DNA of 64,000 nucleotides, from the NCBI GenBank assembly GCA_964234715.1, contig OZ174285.1. The stretch is one strand, 5' to 3'. Position 1 is the first letter of the stretch. Every line of letters begins with the position of its first letter. This DNA comes from Podarcis melisellensis (lineage: Eukaryota). A program made the position numbers and the translations under genes. Below, in pieces: positions 60,792-64,000 of this stretch. Under the pieces are notes generated by a model. That model ran no database searches. It saw only the letters and a program-made list of their open reading frames with translations, and was not told where the DNA came from.

Positions 60792-61182
60792 AAAAGGTAA
60801 AGGTAAAGGACCCCTGACAGTTAAGTCCAGTCGCAGATGACTCTGGGGTTGCGGCGCTCATCTCACTTTACAGGCCAAGGGAGCTAGCGTTTATCTGCAG
60901 ACAGTTTTTCCGGGTCATGTGGCCAGCATGACTAAGCCGCTTCTGGCGCAACAGAACACCAAAACCAGAGCAGCACACGGAAACACCGTTTACCTTCCCA
61001 CAGGAGCGGTACCTATTTATCTACTTGCACTTTGGGGGGGCGTGCTTTTGAACTGCTAGGTTGGCAGGAGCTGGGGCCGAGCAACAGGAGCTCACCCCAT
61101 CACAGGGAGTCAAACCGCCGACCTTCTAATCAGCAAGCCCAAGAGGCTCAGTGGTTTAGACCACAGCACCACCCGCGTTCCG
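60792..61182 (-). mobile_element. Sauria SINE (Squam1)
   Basis: Full-length copy; 13-bp TSD ATATAAGAACATA (60779-60791, 61183-61195). Confidence 0.92.
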
Positions 61183-62174
61183 ATATAAGAACATAGATAC
61201 TTATTTATTAAGGAAAAAGGCATATAAATTGGGATCGCGTCTGTGGGGTTGGGGGAGCACAGCCAGTTTAAGCTAATGCTGAAAATGGGTTTATAAACTT
61301 GGCAGCCCCCCACAAGCTGGGAGCCAGGGTTGTTGGCTCTCGTTGCATGTGTAGAGGAGCAGATTGCATGGAACTTACAAGCTGGGCATGTGACTGGCAC
61401 AGTTTCTGAAATCATGGCAACTTGAAAGAAGCTGTTTGTCTTCTGCCCATGGAGTCATGCACCACCTGTACAGTGGACTCAACTCAGGGTGAAGATGACT
61501 GTAAGTGTACTCTGTGTACTGAGCACTAGAATGCCATTCTTTCATACTTTGGATTTGACAAGTACACCCATGCTGAAGAAGGTTGACAAACAGGTATATG
61601 CCAGAACGTTTATTTTTGGAACGTGAATTGGTTCATTATAACCATTTCGAGTATCTTCTCTACAGTTTCCAGAAAGTTTTTAACTTTTCAAATTTGTATG
61701 ATTTCCACCACACACACGCCTCATTAGAGGAAAGTTTTATGTGCCAGCTAAATATATCCAACCAATGACAACTCTTAATTGTACAAAAGAATTTCCCCAT
61801 GGGGCAAATAAACTTACTTTCTACTTTATTGCTTATTGGACATAAGGATCTGTAGTCCACTAACCAGTGCCGCTACCAGAAGCTTGTGCAAGGACTTCTG
61901 CTTGTGCAATGGGACTTTCCCCACTTTCATTTCTGCGCAACCCACCCCATTGGTTCAGGAAGGTTGGAAGAACCCCGTTTCCACCACCGCCACCCGAGAA
62001 CAGAGGAGGAAAAGGGAAGATTGTTCCATCTGTCAAGCAGAGATTATTTGTTTTCATGTAGACTTAGTAACTTTGGCTTGGCCTGGCGATGTGTTCTCGT
62101 TTCAACTGAGAATCGCACATACAGCACATGCAGTCAGCACATTTCTACACAGTGGTTTGAGATCCATGGGAGAA

Positions 62175-62625
62175 AAGTTTGGAGAAAAGGCGAGTCAAAG
62201 GAGGCATGATAGAGATGTATAAAATGATGTACTGGTGTGAAGAAAAGGAATAGAGGACAGATTTTCTTCCTCTCTCATAACGCTAGCACTTGGGAACACC
62301 CAGTGAAGCTGAATGTTCAGAACAGATTCAGAAGAGACAAAATAAAGTAGTTCTTCACACAGTGCATAGTTAAACTACGGAATTCATCTCAAGAGCCCAC
62401 TGACTTGGATGGCTTTAAAAAAGGATTAGACAAATTAATGGAGGGTAAGGTGATCAATGGCAACTAGACATGATGGCTATGTTCTGTTTCCATTTGCTGG
62501 TGAACGCTTGTGGGAAGAGTGGTGATGCACTCACAACCTGCTTGCAATCTTCATTTTGGGTCATTTGGTTGGCTACTATGAGAACAGGAATGTTGGACTA
62601 GATGGACCTTTGGCCTTATGCTCGT
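62175..62625 (+). mobile_element. CR1 LINE 3' fragment
   Basis: TGGAGAAAAGGCGAGT..CATGATAGAGATGTATAAAAT..TTCTTCACACAGTGCATAGTTAAACT..GGATTAGACAAATT..GGACTAGATGGACCTTTGGCC. Confidence 0.75.
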
Positions 62626-62859
62626 ATGCCATGAAAGTAATCAGGGTGAGTTTGGTATATGGATGGTAGTGGTGCCATACAGTGTCTAAAAGTAGCAACT
62701 CACAGGCAGGATCTGGCTTTTGGGTGGCTACCATCTGACCAACGATCACTGAACAATACTGTCCTACAGTTTCATCACATGCGGCCAGAAAATTGGTGGA
62801 CCATGTACTCCCCTATTGTTTCCCACACGAGGCATCTCAGATTTTGTCCTAGGCCTGAC

Positions 62860-62998
62860 CACTGGCGGAGGAAGGGGGTGCGGTGGGTGCGGTCCACCCC
62901 AGGTGTCATCCCTGGGGGGGGGTGACATTGCTAGCCCCGCCTCCAGATGCACAGCACGTGCGCCGCTCTGGGTGCCAGAGCAGCTAGCTCCGCCTCTG
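62860..62998. mobile_element. hAT (Tip100-like) MITE
   Basis: TIRs CACTGGCGGAG / CTCCGCCTCTG; TSD GGCCTGAC (62852-62859) / GGCCCGAC (62999-63006). Confidence 0.75.
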
Positions 62999-64000
62999 GG
63001 CCCGACTCCTGGAATTCTTAGTAATTCTGTCACTCACAATCATCACAGCTAGTATTGCAATATGAGGGATGCTTTCTTTTGCCTCTTTGGATCCTGCTGT
63101 TTTCTGTCCTTGCCAGGATTGTTGAATGTGTGACCCTCCCAGGCTGAAGACAGCACATGAGCCCAGCCAGCAGAGCTCATTAAACCGCCTGCTTTTGATG
63201 CCTGCCAGTGACTGGGGCGGGAGGGGGGACCCAGCTGTTATCAAGCACATGGTAGAGCGCAATGCATGGCTGCTGCTGAGGCATACAGAATTGGGCCAAG
63301 AACATTTAACATGTGTATGTTGTTAATGACATAGCATAATTCTCTAAGAAATCTGTGAGAGTAGTGTTCCCCCCTCCCCACCTTCCCTTCAAGAAATACT
63401 AATCCTGGGTCACATCCACACCATACAATCAAAGTGCATGACACGTCTTCCCCAAGAAACCGAAGAACTGTCATTTTAAATGTGCTTTAAATGCACCGTG
63501 TGGTGAAGCAGAGGTCTGCAAGAGCTAGTTGCAGGAGAGCATTCCATTGCTAGATGGTGTGCTTCCATCTTCATTTGATTGGAGTGTTTCAAAGTAGGTG
63601 GTATGTACTTGTCAGTCAGCTTTTGCCAACTTCGCTGCTTGCTAAACGTTCGCCTGCTCTCTTCGTAAGTATTTATGTCCCAAAAGAATGAGTGAGAGCT
63701 GCTGAGTGAGACAGTTGCTGATAAATTATTGTGCCAAGTGCAATTCAAAATAGGGAGGTGCCCAAATAAAAAACAAATGTTTCAGCAGATGGGAATTTTT
63801 TCAGCTAAGGATTCAGGGTTTTTGTTTTTGTTTTAACAGGGCTCTGTGGTTGGGATCTGCTGCTAATTCTAATCCTGCTGTTGAACGCTGAAAAATATAT
63901 TTGCTACACTCAATAACTTCTAAAGAGCTGTTTCACACATTACGCAAGGCAAGCCAAATTTGCCACCGCATACACATTCAACGAATCCCTGCAACAGGGT

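Larger units (their letters stand above)
20070..64000 (+). other. FGF10: FGF10 intron 1 (partial, >43.9 kb)
   Basis: Starts GTAAGT; no exon 2 peptide (ILEITSVEIGVVAVK..) seen in the ORF track or by eye, though a ~100-nt exon could be missed; FGF10 intron 1 is known to be long. Confidence 0.8.

Overview
Vertebrate genomic DNA from a squamate, most likely a lacertid lizard (inferred from Sauria/Squam1, Squam2 and Squam3-type SINEs). The only protein-coding feature I can support is the first coding exon of FGF10 (+ strand, 19652-20069, phase-1 donor), inside a CpG island. About 19.6 kb of upstream sequence precedes it and at least 43.9 kb of intron 1 follows; exon 2 was not seen. The rest is transposon debris (SINEs, CR1/L2/RTE/L1-like fragments, many hAT and Tc1/mariner MITEs with visible TIRs/TSDs, several nested), microsatellites, one 162-N gap and a few repeat-free candidate enhancers. 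Most notable: (i) interlocking upstream ORFs directly before FGF10, including a 21-aa out-of-frame ORF overlapping the FGF10 start and a 41-aa uORF ending in an ATGA start/stop overlap; (ii) an unusual FGF10 N-terminus with Ser17-Arg4 in the signal peptide region, a second S8-P-S11 tract, an RGD motif and an extra N-glycosylation sequon; (iii) strong splice signals suggesting untranslated 5' exons. I see no evidence for a wholly new multi-gene system. TE family names and cross-species comparisons are from memory, not database searches.
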